Source: an uncultured Actinomycetes bacterium (GTDB lineage: Bacteria > Actinomycetota > Thermoleophilia > Solirubrobacterales > Solirubrobacteraceae). From it: DNA of 64,000 bases. A model generated the notes under the pieces. It searched no databases. It saw only the letters and a program-made list of their open reading frames with translations, and was not told the origin of the DNA. Below are positions 33,552 to 42,644 of the stretch, one piece after another. Positions within the stretch are counted from its first letter, which is position 1. Each line of letters begins with the position of its first letter. Both the position numbers and the translations under genes were made by a program. The stretch spans positions 75,577 through 139,576 of the forward strand of contig CAWCEB010000142.1 in assembly GCA_963794105.1 (NCBI GenBank). Direction: 5' to 3'.

Positions 33552-36010
33552 TCACTTGCGATGTCCGATGAACGAGATCACCTGCTGGATCCCGCTCGGG
33601 CGGTTCGTGTAGCGGATCGTGGTCGGCAGGAGCCCGGGGGCGAACTTGATCCGTTCCGCGTTGGCGTCCATGAACCACGCGGCGACGTCGTTGCCCTGCG
33701 CCGCGGCGATCGCGTCACCGGCCGCCTGGAACGCCTGCCAGACGGTCGCCTGGCAGGTCGCCTTGTCGCCCGCTCCCGCAGAACTTCGTCCGGTAGGGCG
33801 CCTGGACCGATTCGCCGACCATCGGCTTCAGGTCCTTGTCGATGATCCAGATCCGGCCGTCCTGGAAGCCCGATGCCGGGCCGTTGACGCGGCCGACCAG
33901 TGTGCTCAGGAAGTCGTTCTGCGGCCCGATCGCCGGCGCGAGGATCGCGTCGGCGAGGCGCGGGTACAGCGCATCCCAGATCGCCGGCCCGGCGCCGGCG
34001 TCGGCCTTGCCGTCGAGGTTGACGTCGAGGCGGCTGGAGCCGCTCGGCGCGCCACGCGTCGAGCGCGGCGAGCATCTGGCCCTCGCGCGGCGCTCGGCGG
34101 CGTGCTGCCCGCGAGCAGCTTGTCGAGCAGCGGCGTCAGCTCGACCGAGCGCAGGTCCTGGGTGGCGGCCGCGTTCATCGCGGACGTGACGCGTCGCGAG
34201 CGTGTGCTTCTTGCGCTTGGCGAGGCTCGTCGACCAGCATCGGCGAGCGATACGTCGAGCCGTAGGCCCAGTTGTCGTCGGCCGAGCCCCAGTTCGCGCG
34301 CGGGCTTGTTGTTCCAGTTGACCAGCAGCCCGCTCTGCGGGTCGGCCTGGAACGCGTGGTCGCTCGCTGCCAGGAAGCCCGTCCACTCGAACTCGCCCGT
34401 GCCCTTCGTCGGCAGGCGCGGGTCCACGTGCGGGTTGCGCAGCGGCAGCCGCCCGGCCGAGTAGGTCGCGATGTTGCTTGTCGTCCGCGTAGGCGACGTT
34501 GAACGTGAACGGCGACTGCGCGGCGGACTTGAGGAACGATCCGACCGAGTGGATGCGGCCCTCCGTCGCGTCCTTGAACAACAGGTTCCACTGCGCGTCG
34601 CGCATGTAGCTCGAGCGCTGCTGCGAGATCGCCACGCGCGTGCCGCCGACGGTCGCGTAGCCGATCACGGGCCCGTGCACCGTCTGGTGGAACACGACCT
34701 TGCCCTGGCCGACGATCTCGCCGGCGTCGATCGTCTCCATGTCGCGGCATTGGCCTTTGTACATGTACTTCAGGTCGCTGCCGTCGCAGAGCGTCTCGAC
34801 GAAGTCGTCGGTCGTGTCCGATCCGGCCGAGGTGAGCGACCAGGCGAAGTCGGGCCCGCGCCCGATCAGGATCGACCCGGGCTGGGCCGGCGAGGATGCC
34901 CCGCGCGCCTCGTAGCCGGGCCCGTGCAGGTCGAGCTCGAAGGTGAGGCCGGGGTAGTAGTAGCCGATCTGCGGGCCCGCGACGAACAGCGGGTGGCCCG
35001 TGGCCGAGCGCTTCCCGGAGACCATCAGGAAGTTCGACGCCCAGCCGTGCGGCTCGAAGCCCGCGCCGCGCGTCGTCGCTCCCTGCGTCGCCGGCACCGG
35101 CTGGAAGCTGCCGTCGTCGAGGATCGCGTTGCCGGAGCGGTCGCCGCCCGCCGGGATCGGCTCGTAGGGCACCGAGCGCGTCATGCGTCGTCGGTGCGTC
35201 GGGGTCGTTGTGCTCGGACAGGTCGTCGAAGAGCTGGTTGCCGGCCGTGTCGCCCAGGCGCGTGGTCAGGCCGCTGAGCAGCTCGGATCGCCGCGCTTCG
35301 TCGCCGCCGCCGCGGCCGAAGAGCTGGCCGGCGACCGCGTTGGCCGCGTAGATGTCCACGCGCGTGTACGGCGTCGCCGTCGACTTGTCGAACTTGAGCC
35401 TCGCGTTGGCGCCCTTGACGTACATGTCGATGTCATGGAGCAGCGCCTTGCCGCGCTTGCCGCGCTGCTTGAGCAGCGCGGTCTGCTGGGACTCGATCAT
35501 CTGGTCGACCTGGGCCGTCGTCTTGACCTGCTTGAGCCCGACGATCAGGTTGATCGCATTGATGCCCGGGGCGTCGACCGCCGCGAACCGGGCGGGGTAG
35601 CGCGCTTGGGCGAGCAGCAGCCCGCGATCCTCCTGCAGGATCCAGCCGGCGGCCCAGACCACGTCGTCGTGGGTCTTGCCGTAGACGTGGGGGACGTTGA
35701 ACCGGTCGCGCACGATGCGCACGCCCTTGCGCGTCACCTTCTCCACCGTCACGGGCCCCGGCGTGCCCTTCTTGCCGAGCTTCTCGGACTTGAAGTCCTT
35801 CTTGAGGTCCGCGTTCGTGACCTTGTCGGACAGCGGCGTGAGGGCGTCGTACATCTTCGCCTGCACGTCGGCCTTGGCCGTGGGGACGCCTCCGAACTGG
35901 CCGGAGGGGATGATGTTCAGGGCGGTGCTGCTGTAGTCCTTCGCGGTCGCCGGACCAGCGGCGAGCAGGGCGAGGACAGCAGCACCGAGTGGGACAGTGG
36001 CTGCGCGCAT
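33552..36010 (-). pseudogene. Penicillin acylase (S45 Ntn-hydrolase) family protein; about 5-6 frame breaks
   Basis: ATG at 36010 with a signal peptide. Beta-subunit nucleophile context is GWASNFLMVSGKRSATGHPLFVAGPQ. The C-terminus is RPSGIQQVISFIGHRK-stop (TGA at 33554..33552). Confidence 0.85.
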
Positions 36011-36041
36011 TGGCGGGACCCTATATGACGGTGCGGCAAAG

Positions 36042-36071
36042 TTGACGCATGCGTCATTTTTCTGGGATAAT
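36042..36071 (+). promoter_or_regulatory. Sigma-70-like promoter TTGACG-N18-GATAAT with embedded 14-bp perfect palindrome TGACGCATGCGTCA (likely TetR operator)
   Basis: The palindrome is at 36043..36056. The -10 is at 36066..36071, 8 nt before the tetR ATG at 36080 (leaderless-type). It lies in the 69-nt divergent gap to the acylase gene. Confidence 0.55.
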
Positions 36072-36079
36072 GTGACGCG

Positions 36080-36676
36080 ATGAGCGAGGCGGCCCTTGCG
36101 GGCAAGCGCGAGCAGACCAAGGCCGCCAACCGCGCCGCGATCCTCGACGCCGCGCGCAGGGTCTTCTCGGAGCTGGGCTACGGAGCGGCGACGGTTCGCG
36201 ACATCGTGCGCGAGACCGACCTGGCGACAGGCACGTTCTACAACTACTTCCCGGACAAGCAGTCCGTGCTGCACGCCCTGCTCGACGAGGCGGCGGCCGA
36301 GATCCGATCCCGGGTGCGCGCCGCGCGCAAGGCGTCGGGGACCGTCGAGGAGTTCGTCGAGGGCGGGTTTCGCGCCTACTACGGCTACCTCGTCGAAGAT
36401 CCCGAGACGTTCGGCCTGCTGCGCCGCAACGCGGGCACGATCCGGTCGATGTTCGACGAGCCGACCGTCGGCGCGGGCGTCGAGGAGCTGCGCGAGGACC
36501 TCGCGGCCGGCATCCGGTCCGGCCTGCTGCCCGAGCACGACGTCGAGTACATGGCCTCCGCGATGGTTGGCGCGGGGTTCGAGGTCGCCGTCCGCATGCT
36601 CGGGCGAACGCCGCCAGACGTCGACGGCGCGGTCGAGTTCGTGACGCGCATCTTCCTGGCCGGCCTCAGCGCGTAG
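36080..36676 (+). CDS. TetR-family transcriptional regulator
   Basis: REQTKAANRAAILDAARRVFSELGYGAATVRDIVRETDLATGTFYNYFPDK. Confidence 0.9.
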   Translation: MSEAALAGKREQTKAANRAAILDAARRVFSELGYGAATVRDIVRETDLATGTFYNYFPDKQSVLHALLDEAAAEIRSRVRAARKASGTVEEFVEGGFRAYYGYLVEDPETFGLLRRNAGTIRSMFDEPTVGAGVEELREDLAAGIRSGLLPEHDVEYMASAMVGAGFEVAVRMLGRTPPDVDGAVEFVTRIFLAGLSA

Positions 36677-36697
36677 CCGCCGCCTAGACTGCTCGTA

Positions 36698-37663
36698 GTG
36701 CCCACGTTCTGCCGCCATGGCCGCCTCGAGGCCAACTGCCCGATCTGCTCCAAGAGCGAGCGCGTGGCGCCGCAGTCGCGATCCGGCGGGCGCCGGTCCT
36801 CGACGGCGTCCAGGAGCGGCGTGCGGCGCAGCGCTGCGCCGGCCGGAAACCTGCGCGTGCGCCGGATGGCTCGCGCCGAGGACGACGGCTATGACAACTG
36901 GGCGGTGCCGGGCGTGCGCGCGACGGTCGAGGCCCAGCGGCTGGCCGACGAGATCGCGTTCGCGGCGGCGCGCCTCGAGGAGCTTCGCCGCGAACCGCCG
37001 GGCGTCTACGCCGATGCGGCGAGGGCCGGCGGCGAGGAGGGGCTCTGGCTCGCCTTCCTGATCGCCTACCTGTCACCGGTCGAGGGCGACGAGCCGTTCG
37101 CGGGCATCTCGCGCGCGCGCACGTCGTGGGCGACCGGCGAGCTCCCCGACCTCGATGGCGTGCCGCTCGGCCCGCGCGCTGGCCACGACCCTGCCCGTGG
37201 CCTCGCGACGCTCGCCGCCTACCGCGCACGAGCGGAACGCGCCGGCTCGCAGGCGGCGGCACTCGCGTCCGGTGAGGCATCGCTCAATCCGCAGCGCCGG
37301 TTCGAGCGCGCCTTCGAGCGCCTCTCGCTGCCGGGCCTGCGCCGGGCGCCCCGCTATGAGTTCCTCGTCGTCGGCCGGGCGACTCGGCCTGCTCGATGTC
37401 GAGCCGTCGTCGCTGCAGTTCAGCGCCGATCCCACCGATCCGACGGTGCTCGCCGCCAAGCGGATCCTGGGCATCGGCGACGCGATCAACCTCCAGCGCC
37501 GCGCGAGCGAGCTCGCATCGGAGGCGTCCGTGCCGATCGGGGCGCTCGACCTGGCGTTCGTGAACTGGGCCCGCCCCGAGGAGGACCGGATCACCGCGGG
37601 CTCGAGTGCGAACCCGACCCGGCCGTCCGTGGACGGCTGGGCGCGGTGCTCGGCGTCGCCTGA
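36698..37663 (+). pseudogene. Conserved hypothetical protein with N-terminal Cys motif (CRHGRLEANCPIC); frame-shifted about 37370 and about 37610
   Basis: MPTFCRHGRLEANCPICSK.. The middle part is LWLAFLIAYLSPVEGDEPF. RYEFLVV continues as LGRLGLLDVEPSSLQFSADPTDPTVLAAKRILGIGD in ORF 37155..37721. Confidence 0.5.
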
Positions 37664-37738
37664 CGAAAGTCCAGGAGGAGAACTAGACCTCCGTCACCGC
37701 GCAGATCGCCGTTGTCGCTGATTTACGGTTGCCGTCTG

Positions 37739-37908
37739 ATGGATTGGCGCAGTTGGGGCAACCGGGTCCGCGAGGAACGCGGACAGACAGCTGTTGAGTA
37801 CGCGCTCGTCGTCGCGATAATAGCGATCATCGTGGCGATCTTCCTCGCCGATGATGCCGGGCAACGAGTTCGACACGTTCTGGGCGATCATCGACGGGCA
37901 AGCTCTAG
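37739..37908 (+). pseudogene. flp: Flp/Fap-family type IVb pilin precursor; 3' end unresolved (no in-frame stop as given)
   Basis: MDWRSWGNRVREERG-QTAVEYALVVAIIAIIVAIFLA. This is the G/xxxxEY prepilin cleavage motif plus a hydrophobic helix. Confidence 0.6.
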
Positions 37909-38002
37909 AGCGCCGCCGCTCCTCGTCGACTTGCGTCCGCCGGGGGGCGGGTTTGCGCGCCGTTGCCCTACAACGGCGATGAACCTGAACCTCGAGCAAG
38001 GG

Positions 38003-39279
38003 ATGCGGATCGACATGGATGTCGAGCTGATGGACGCGCCGCACGCGCGCGTGATGAGCGACGAGCAGGCGCGCGAGCTCGTGCTGCACGTCGTGGCGCA
38101 GCACGCGGACTCGCTGCTGAAGACCGCCCGCCGGCACTCGCTGTGCGCGGACGATGCCCAGGACGCCTACCAGCGCACGATGGAGATCTTCGTCCGCCGC
38201 GCCGCCACGCTCGACCCGGAGCGCGCGCACGATGGGTCCACACCGTCTGCAAGCACGAGGCGATGGCGGTGCGCGCGCAGCGCCAGCAGCTCGTGTCCGC
38301 CGAGGAGCCCGACCTCGATCGCGAGGAGGCCCGGCACCTGCCCTCGCCCGAGGAGCAGATGCGTCAGCTTCGACCGGTTGCGGCGCTCGGCCGAGGCGCT
38401 GCAGCGGCTCAAGCCCCAGGAGCTGCGTGCGCTGTGGCTGAAGGCCGAGGGCTTCTCGTACGCCGAGATCTGCGAGCAGACCGGCTGGACCCACACCAAG
38501 GTCAATCGCTGCATCACCGAGGGACGCCGCGCGTTCATGGCGCGCTACGCGCGGATCGACGGCGGCGACGAGTGCGAGCGCTGGCTGCCGCTGCTGTCGG
38601 CGATCGTGGACGGCGAGGCGACCCCCGAGCAGCTCGCTCGAGATCCGACCGCACCTGCGCAACTGCACGGCGTGCCGCGCGACGGTTCGCGAGCTGCACG
38701 CGACGTCGGCCCCGCTCGCGGCGCTGTTCCCGGTCGCGCTCGCGCCGGCCGCCGTCGACCACGGGCACGATCGGGCGGCCGGCCTGCTCGTGCGGCTCCA
38801 CGAGGCGATCGCGGGCGCCGTCCACGATCGCGCCGCGTCGGCTGCGCTCAAGCTCCAGGGCGCCGCGGACGCCTTGTCGGGCGGCAAGCTGGCGGCGATC
38901 GCGGCTTCGGCGGCGGCTCTCGCCGGCGGCGGCGCGGTCGTCGTCGACGGCGCCGCTACGGCGCACGGTCATCGCGCCGAGCGTGTTCGCCCGGTCGCCC
39001 AGCGCACGGCCCGTCGCGCACCGGCCGGCGGCCGTCGCGCGCGCGGCGGACCACCTGCCGGCGCCGGCGCGCGCCACGCCCGCCGCCCCGGCGCACCGCG
39101 CGCGCCAGGGAGTTCACGGCCCACGCGCACCGTCGCGGCCGCACGCACCGAGTTCGCGGCTGCGCCGACCGCGGCCGGCGATGCCGTCCGCGCCGGCGCC
39201 GGCCTCGCAGGTCGTCCGCTCGGGCAGCCCCGAGCCCTCGGCCGCCAGGCGCGAATTCGCATCGGAGTTCGGAGGCTGA
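38003..39279 (+). pseudogene. ECF sigma factor fused in one frame to a ZAS (zf-HC2) anti-sigma domain, a TM helix and a Pro/Ala-rich tail; about 4 frame breaks
   Basis: Region 2 is DDAQDAYQRTMEIF..WVHTVCKHEAM. Region 4 is LKPQELRALWLKAEGFSYAEICEQTGWTHTKVNRCITEGR. It then runs straight into DECERWLPLLSAIVDGEATPEQLAEIRPHLRNCTACR. The TM helix is LAAIAASAAALAGGGAVVV. Confidence 0.7.
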
Positions 39280-39391
39280 GCATCGAAAACCCGGAATGTG
39301 CGGCATCGCCTGCGCCGATGGGCGTTTTGCCGTCCGGAGCGGCTCCTACCTTCACACGCAGTCCCCGCTGAACCAGCACCGGGAGCCCGCG

Positions 39392-39847
39392 ATGCCGCTC
39401 TGCTTCATCGAACCCCAGGACGCGATCCGCGTCATCGCCGAGTCCGTCGGCCGCGAGGCGCGGCGGCAGCTGCTCGGCGAGGTGGTTCGTGCGTGGGTCG
39501 ACGAGATCCCCGAGCACGACCTCGACTCGCACTACGCCAAGGCGATCGCCGACCTCGACGAGCACGACCTGTCGATGCTGGCGGCCTGGCACGCGTCGCT
39601 CGAGGTGGGCCAGCCGATCGCCAACCGCGACTTCCTCGTCAACGTCTTTCCGTCGCTCGGCGAGAACAAGCGCGAGGCGCTGAAGATCGCCGCCGGCTTC
39701 CGCGGCGAGGAGGCGTTCGACAGCGGCGTGCCGGAGGAGCAGGCGATGGAGACCGTCCTGCCGCACCTGTCGCGCGAGCGCTGCACCGAGCTCGCCAACG
39801 AGTGCCTCGAGCTGTACCTCTGGGACCGGCTCGGTTCCGACAACTAG
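39392..39847 (+). CDS. Acidic hypothetical protein (151 aa), intact
   Basis: ORF-track frame starting MPLCFIEPQDAIRVIAESVG... No family recognised by eye. Confidence 0.5.
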   Translation: MPLCFIEPQDAIRVIAESVGREARRQLLGEVVRAWVDEIPEHDLDSHYAKAIADLDEHDLSMLAAWHASLEVGQPIANRDFLVNVFPSLGENKREALKIAAGFRGEEAFDSGVPEEQAMETVLPHLSRERCTELANECLELYLWDRLGSDN

Positions 39848-39852
39848 AACGA

Positions 39853-40482
39853 CTAGAACGGCAGGCGGGCCCGGACCGCGAACGTGCCGTCGGGCTCGAC
39901 CCCGGCTTCGAGCTGTCCGCCGTAGACCTCGGCGCGCTCGCGCATCGCGGCGAGGCCGTGGCCGTGGCCGCTGCCGGAGTCGCCCGGCGCGGCGCCGGGC
40001 ACGTTCGTGACGACGAGGTCGAGGCCGTCGGAGCGATAGGCGATCCGCACCGAGGCGCAGACCGCGCCGGCATGCTTGCGCACGTTCGCGAGCGCCTCCT
40101 GCAGGATGCGGAATGCGGTCAGGCTCAGGCCCGGCGGCATCTCCCGGCGTTCGCCCTCCTCGACGAGGACGAGCTGCACGCCCGCCTCGCGAGCCTCTGC
40201 GATCAGCTCACCGGCACGATCGAGCGTCGGCTGGGGCAGGAGCACCGCGCTGTCGGTGCGCAGCACGCCGCAGAGCCGCCGCAGCTCCGCCAGCGCATCC
40301 TGGGCGGTGCGGCGCACGGCGGCGAGGTGCTCGCGCGCCTGCGCGGTGTCGCGCTCGAGATACGCGTCGGCCGCCGCGGCCTGCACGGTCACGACGGAGA
40401 TGGAGTGCGCGACCACATCGGCAAGCTCGCGGACGAGTCGCGCGCGCTCCGAGGCGATGTGGAAGTGCTGGGCCGGGTGCAT
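39853..40482 (-). CDS. Sensorless HisKA_3 + HATPase_c kinase-like protein with Ala in place of the phospho-accepting His
   Basis: The ATG at 40482 lies about 10 aa before the H-box ERARLVRELADVVAHSIS (canonical is RELHDvvaH). The Ala codon is at 40420..40422. N and G boxes are present (EALANVRKHA, GHGHGLAAMRERA). Confidence 0.7.
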   Translation of the reverse strand: MHPAQHFHIASERARLVRELADVVAHSISVVTVQAAAADAYLERDTAQAREHLAAVRRTAQDALAELRRLCGVLRTDSAVLLPQPTLDRAGELIAEAREAGVQLVLVEEGERREMPPGLSLTAFRILQEALANVRKHAGAVCASVRIAYRSDGLDLVVTNVPGAAPGDSGSGHGHGLAAMRERAEVYGGQLEAGVEPDGTFAVRARLPF

Positions 40483-40547
40483 GGACGCACGGTAGGCGCC
40501 CACCGGCAGGGCCACATCCTCCTCGCGGCCGATCGCGTGTACGACCT

Positions 40548-41407
40548 TCAGCCGACCCGGCGAAGGATGTCGTAGCGCCCGACGCCCTCGCGGCCCTCCA
40601 TGTGCCAACGCAGGAACGCGCAGTCCAGGCGCAGGCGGCCGAGGTCCAGCGACGTGCCGCACACGACCTCGCCGGCGGCGCGGCGGGCGTGCGACTCCTC
40701 GTCGACCCACAGCTCGAGGCCTGCGCGCCGCTGGCGCTGCTCGCCGTCGTACCCGGTCGACAGCCGCGGGTCCTCGACGCGCACGGGCTCGCCGCCCTCG
40801 TACAGGTACGCGGCGATCGACTCCTGGTCGTGGCGGTCGCTGCCGGCGGGCGCGGATCGCGAGCAGCGAGACGCCCGAGGTCGTCGCCGATCCACACGCC
40901 GAGCGTCCGGGCCAGCGCCATCGTGTCCCAGTCCGGTGCGCCCCACGAATGCCCGCGCTGGCCCAGGCAGTCGATCGCGACTCGCCGTCCGCCGATCGTC
41001 GCGTCGCCGGTGAAGCGGCACAGCTGCTCATAGCCCTCCATCCCGCCGTCGGCCATCTCGCCCGCAGCCGAGGCCGCCTCGACCTGCAGATCGAACGTCG
41101 CGCCGTCGGACGCGAACGACAGTGTCCACGCCTCGAGCGGCCGTTCGATCGTGGTCGCCAGGCCTGCGGCATCGATCGCCGCCCACGACCGCTCGGTCAT
41201 ATCGGCCACGCCGTCGGCCTGCACCGCGACGGGCTCGCCGCCGCTGAAGACGAGCCCCAGCCCGCTCGCCGCGGATTCGCCGCTCAATCCGACGCGCGCG
41301 ACCGCGTAGACGTCTGCCGCGGGATCGCCGAACGAGAACGTGACCGCGTCGGAGAAGCCCTCGCCGGCGGGCGGGCGTGGATCCTCGTGCTCGGGGCCGA
41401 TGGTCAC
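40548..41407 (-). pseudogene. Conserved hypothetical protein (motif LGQRGHSWGAPDWD); one frame break about 40900
   Basis: The GTG at 41407 overlaps the fxsA stop (GTGA). The N-terminal part is in ORF 40208..41806 and the C-terminal part in ORF 40548..41021. Confidence 0.45.
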
Positions 41408-41892
41408 GGCAGGCGCGGGGGGTCGCTGTTGATCTCCTGCGCCGTGCCCTCGACGTCGGCCGGCGGGCGCGGCGCAGCGCTGCCGCCCGCGCCCCGTGCG
41501 CGGCGGGTGGCGAAGATCGCCGCGCGCCCGGCCGGCGTGCGGCCGATCACGGCCCTCACGATGAAGCGGCGCACGAGCGCTCGCGTGGGGGGCAGGAGCA
41601 GGACGGCGCCCAGCGCGTCGGTGATGAAGCCGGGCGCCAGCAGGAACGCGCCGCCGCAGATCACCAGGGCGCCGTCGAACGCCTCGCGCGCGGGCGGGCG
41701 TCCCGCGGCGATCGCCTCGTTGAAGCGCCGCCACGCCTGGCGGCCCTGCGAGCGCATCAGCAGCGACCCGAGGATCGAGTCGGCGATCAGCAGCGCGATC
41801 GTCCACAGCGCGCCGATCGCCTGCCCGACCTGGATGATCACGTAGATCTCCGCGATCGGGACGACGATGAACAGCAGGATCAGGAGCAGCAT
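41404..41892 (-). CDS. fxsA: FxsA-family membrane protein
   Basis: MLLLILLFIVVPIAEIYVIIQVGQAIGALWTIALLIADSILGSLL..GAFLLAPGFITDALG. Confidence 0.85.
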   Translation of the reverse strand: MLLLILLFIVVPIAEIYVIIQVGQAIGALWTIALLIADSILGSLLMRSQGRQAWRRFNEAIAAGRPPAREAFDGALVICGGAFLLAPGFITDALGAVLLLPPTRALVRRFIVRAVIGRTPAGRAAIFATRRARGAGGSAAPRPPADVEGTAQEINSDPPRLP

Positions 41893-41926
41893 CGCCTTGA
41901 CAGGCTAGATGTCCGAGGCCACGCGC

Positions 41927-42235
41927 TCAGGCGAGAGCCGGCCAGTCGGCCGAGACGCCCGGGAGGCGGTCGAGGCCGACGAGCTCGACGAGCCGCTGGA
42001 TCTGCGGCTGCGCGCCGCGCAGCGTCATCCGGCTCCCGGCCTGGCGCAGGCGCCGGGCGACCATCGCGAGGTCCACCATCAGCGACGTGTCGGCGAACGA
42101 CAGCTCCGAGAGGTCCACGAGCAGATCGCGGTTGGCGGCGAGCGCTCGTGAAAGCGGCACGGCGCCGCAGCGACTGCGTGGCGCGGTCCTCGTCACCGGA
42201 GCAGGTGAGGATCGTCGGGTCTTCGCAGAACGTGA
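41927..42235 (-). pseudogene. Second STAS-domain protein (anti-sigma antagonist-like); N-terminal part in another frame, start uncertain
   Basis: LLVDLSELSFADTSLMVDLAMVARRLRQAGSRMTLRGAQPQIQRLVELVGLD. The upstream part TFCEDPTILTCSGDED is in ORF 41880..42626. Confidence 0.55.
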
Positions 42236-42284
42236 CGATGGCGCGCAACCTACCCCAAACCGGCGCGCAGCTACACTCAGTCAT

Positions 42285-42590
42285 ATGTCCGCAACTCCCG
42301 AACTCGAAGAGGTCGAGGACGCGCTCACGAACGTGATCGACCCCGAGCTCGGGCTCGACTTCGTCGAGCTCGGCCTGATCTACGGTGTCGAGATCGACGG
42401 CGGTCACGTCCACGTGACGTTCACGCTCACGACCCCGGCGTGTCCGATCGGACCGCAGGTCACCGAGCAGATCGAGGAATTCGTCTCCGAGATCGATGGC
42501 GTCGAGAGCGTCGAGTCCTCCATGACGTTCACGCCTCCGTGGACGCCGGACAAGATGAGCGAAGACGCAAAGTTCGCCCTCGGGTACTAG
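42285..42590 (+). CDS. DUF59/SufT-like metal-sulfur cluster assembly protein
   Basis: ALTNVIDPELGLDFVELGLIYGVEIDGGHVHVTFTLTTPACPIG. Confidence 0.85.
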   Translation: MSATPELEEVEDALTNVIDPELGLDFVELGLIYGVEIDGGHVHVTFTLTTPACPIGPQVTEQIEEFVSEIDGVESVESSMTFTPPWTPDKMSEDAKFALGY

Positions 42591-42644
42591 CCGGCGCTCA
42601 CGGTCGCCGCTCCGCAGGCCGATCACGGGGGTTGTGACCTACAC

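Noticed and set aside
42282-42287. Back-to-back divergent start codons (CATATG) for the STAS gene and the SufT-like gene
   Set aside because: A zero-length divergent intergenic region leaves no room for promoters. The STAS domain begins well downstream, so its real start is more likely an internal GTG near 42235. The upstream MTECSC.. extension is probably spurious.
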